DNA of 64,000 bases, taken from NCBI GenBank assembly GCA_964535735.1, contig CAZHTM010000001.1:89369-153368 (forward strand). Direction: 5' to 3'. Source of the DNA: an uncultured bacterium. GTDB taxonomy: Bacteria; Fidelibacterota; Marinisomatia; Marinisomatales; J089. The notes below the pieces were generated by a model that was not told the DNA's origin, searched no databases, and saw nothing but the letters and a program-made list of their open reading frames with translations. The translations under genes and the position numbers were made by a program. How positions within the stretch are numbered: position 1 is the stretch's first letter; each line of letters begins with the position of its first letter. Below are positions 62,845 to 64,000 of this stretch, one piece after another.

Positions 62845-64000
62845 ATGAATAAACCACCGGAACCCTCAAAAAAGATGGAAACGTTTGTAGCTAGACAACC
62901 GATATTTGATCGACAAAAAAATATATATGCTTATGAATTATTATATCGTGGAGGTCGTGAAAATAAGTTCAAGGAATCCGATGCCGATGCGGCAACTTCC
63001 AAAGTTATTGTAGACAGCTTTCTGATGTTAGGGGTGGATTCCCTCACGGGCGGAAACCCTGCCTTCATAAATATGACCTACAATTTATTGCTGGAAGAGT
63101 ACGTGAGTCTCCTTCCCAAAGAAAATGTTTATGTAGAAATCCTTGAGAATGTAGAACCTGACGAACATGTCATTCATGTTTGTAAAAAACTAAAATCAAA
63201 GGGATATACTATTGTCCTGGATGATTTTGAATATGAAGAAAAATATATCCCACTAATTGACTTGGCGGATATTATTAAAATAGATTTTCGATTAAGTCCG
63301 GAAGAAGAGCAACGGGCTATCATTCAACGCTTTCCTGGTCGGTCGATCCAGTTTTTAGCTGAAAAAGTAGAAACCATGGAAGAATTTCAACGAGCAGCGG
63401 CGATGGGATATTCACTCTTCCAAGGGTATTTTTTCGGTCGTCCCCACATCGTAACAGGACAGGGAATACCCCCGCAATTGACTCATTATATTCGGTTGCT
63501 GAATGAGATTAATAAACCGGAACCGAATTTTAAAGATATTGAAACCATCATTAAAAAAGACCTTTCTCTGTCTTATAAATTATTACGATATATCAATTCG
63601 GCCTTTTTTGGATTACGAACGAAAGTGAACTCCATTCTTCATGCGTTAACATTGTTAGGGGTCATGGAAATTCGAAAATGGGCCTCCTTGGTATTCATTG
63701 CGAATATGAGTAAAAATGTACCAGAAGAATTGGTTGTGCAGTCAGTTATTCGTGCCCGGTTTGCCGAATCTCTGGCAAATCCAATCGGACAACCAAAACG
63801 CAAAGATGACTTATTCCTCATGGGGTTATTTTCTTTGATTGATGCCATTATCAACCAGCCCAAAAGTGATGTTCTGGAAAAACTTCCCATTTCTGACGAT
63901 GTGAAAAAAGCAATATTGGAAGAAGAAGGAACCCTGGGAACCGTTCTTAATTGTGTCATTGCCTATGAACGAGGTGAATGGGATCAGGTCAGTAAACTTT
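62845..64000 (+). CDS. EAL + HDOD domain protein (3' end outside window)
   Basis: Open frame from ATG 62845 (alternative 62875) to the window end; not in the ORF track because it has no stop. FVARQPIFDR...YAYELLYR, YVEILENV, IVLDDFE, FLAEKVET..EF, FQGYFFGRP, then HDOD text LSYKLLRYINSAFFG. Confidence 0.8.
   Translation, partial: MNKPPEPSKKMETFVARQPIFDRQKNIYAYELLYRGGRENKFKESDADAATSKVIVDSFLMLGVDSLTGGNPAFINMTYNLLLEEYVSLLPKENVYVEILENVEPDEHVIHVCKKLKSKGYTIVLDDFEYEEKYIPLIDLADIIKIDFRLSPEEEQRAIIQRFPGRSIQFLAEKVETMEEFQRAAAMGYSLFQGYFFGRPHIVTGQGIPPQLTHYIRLLNEINKPEPNFKDIETIIKKDLSLSYKLLRYINSAFFGLRTKVNSILHALTLLGVMEIRKWASLVFIANMSKNVPEELVVQSVIRARFAESLANPIGQPKRKDDLFLMGLFSLIDAIINQPKSDVLEKLPISDDVKKAILEEEGTLGTVLNCVIAYERGEWDQVSKL

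Overview
A 64-kb bacterial chromosomal window that is densely coding. All calls come from reading the supplied translations and the DNA; no searches were run. Several features point to an uncultivated member or relative of the FCB group, but I cannot place it more precisely. These are a C25/PorU-like protease with a T9SS-type C-terminal domain, a long-form IspG, a mitochondrial-type aconitase and a class II RNR. Some genes carry clear Shine-Dalgarno sites.

Content, left to right:
- Housekeeping genes: ispG, comM/yifB, and a PHP hydrolase-fRMsr-polyprenol kinase/DUF92 fusion block.
- A small accessory island with a REP-associated tyrosine transposase (RAYT), flanked on both sides by two families of palindromic REP hairpins, plus a gene remnant.
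- A HAD + GMC oxidoreductase pair, divergent from a TetR-MMPL/RND-LolA-like-OMP export operon.
- A seven-gene operon (20.2-28.7 kb), the most interesting locus. It encodes a predicted di-haem b membrane protein, a membrane-anchored 2x[4Fe-4S] NAD(P)/FAD flavoprotein, three multihaem c-type cytochromes (17, 28 and 8 canonical CxxCH motifs) and an outer-membrane beta-barrel. I read it as a candidate undescribed trans-envelope (extracellular) electron conduit fed from the cytoplasmic side.
- The rplM-rpsI-rpsB-tsf-pyrH-frr block.
- nrdJ (with DnaA boxes upstream), maf and the PorU-like C25 peptidase.
- acn, a PGDH-like dehydrogenase, an M23 peptidase, miaB, a lapA/lapB-like pair and a SPOR protein.
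- A tRNA-Sec(UCA) gene, with a duplicated copy of its 3' end downstream.
- A NarL-type two-component pair.
- A large chemosensory cluster: REC-Hpt-Hpt-CheA, CheW, a soluble Cys-rich PAS MCP, CheR, CheD, an HDOD protein, CheY, CheX, CheB, CheY, a CheZ-like protein and an EAL-HDOD protein.

No rRNA, CRISPR array or prophage was seen.
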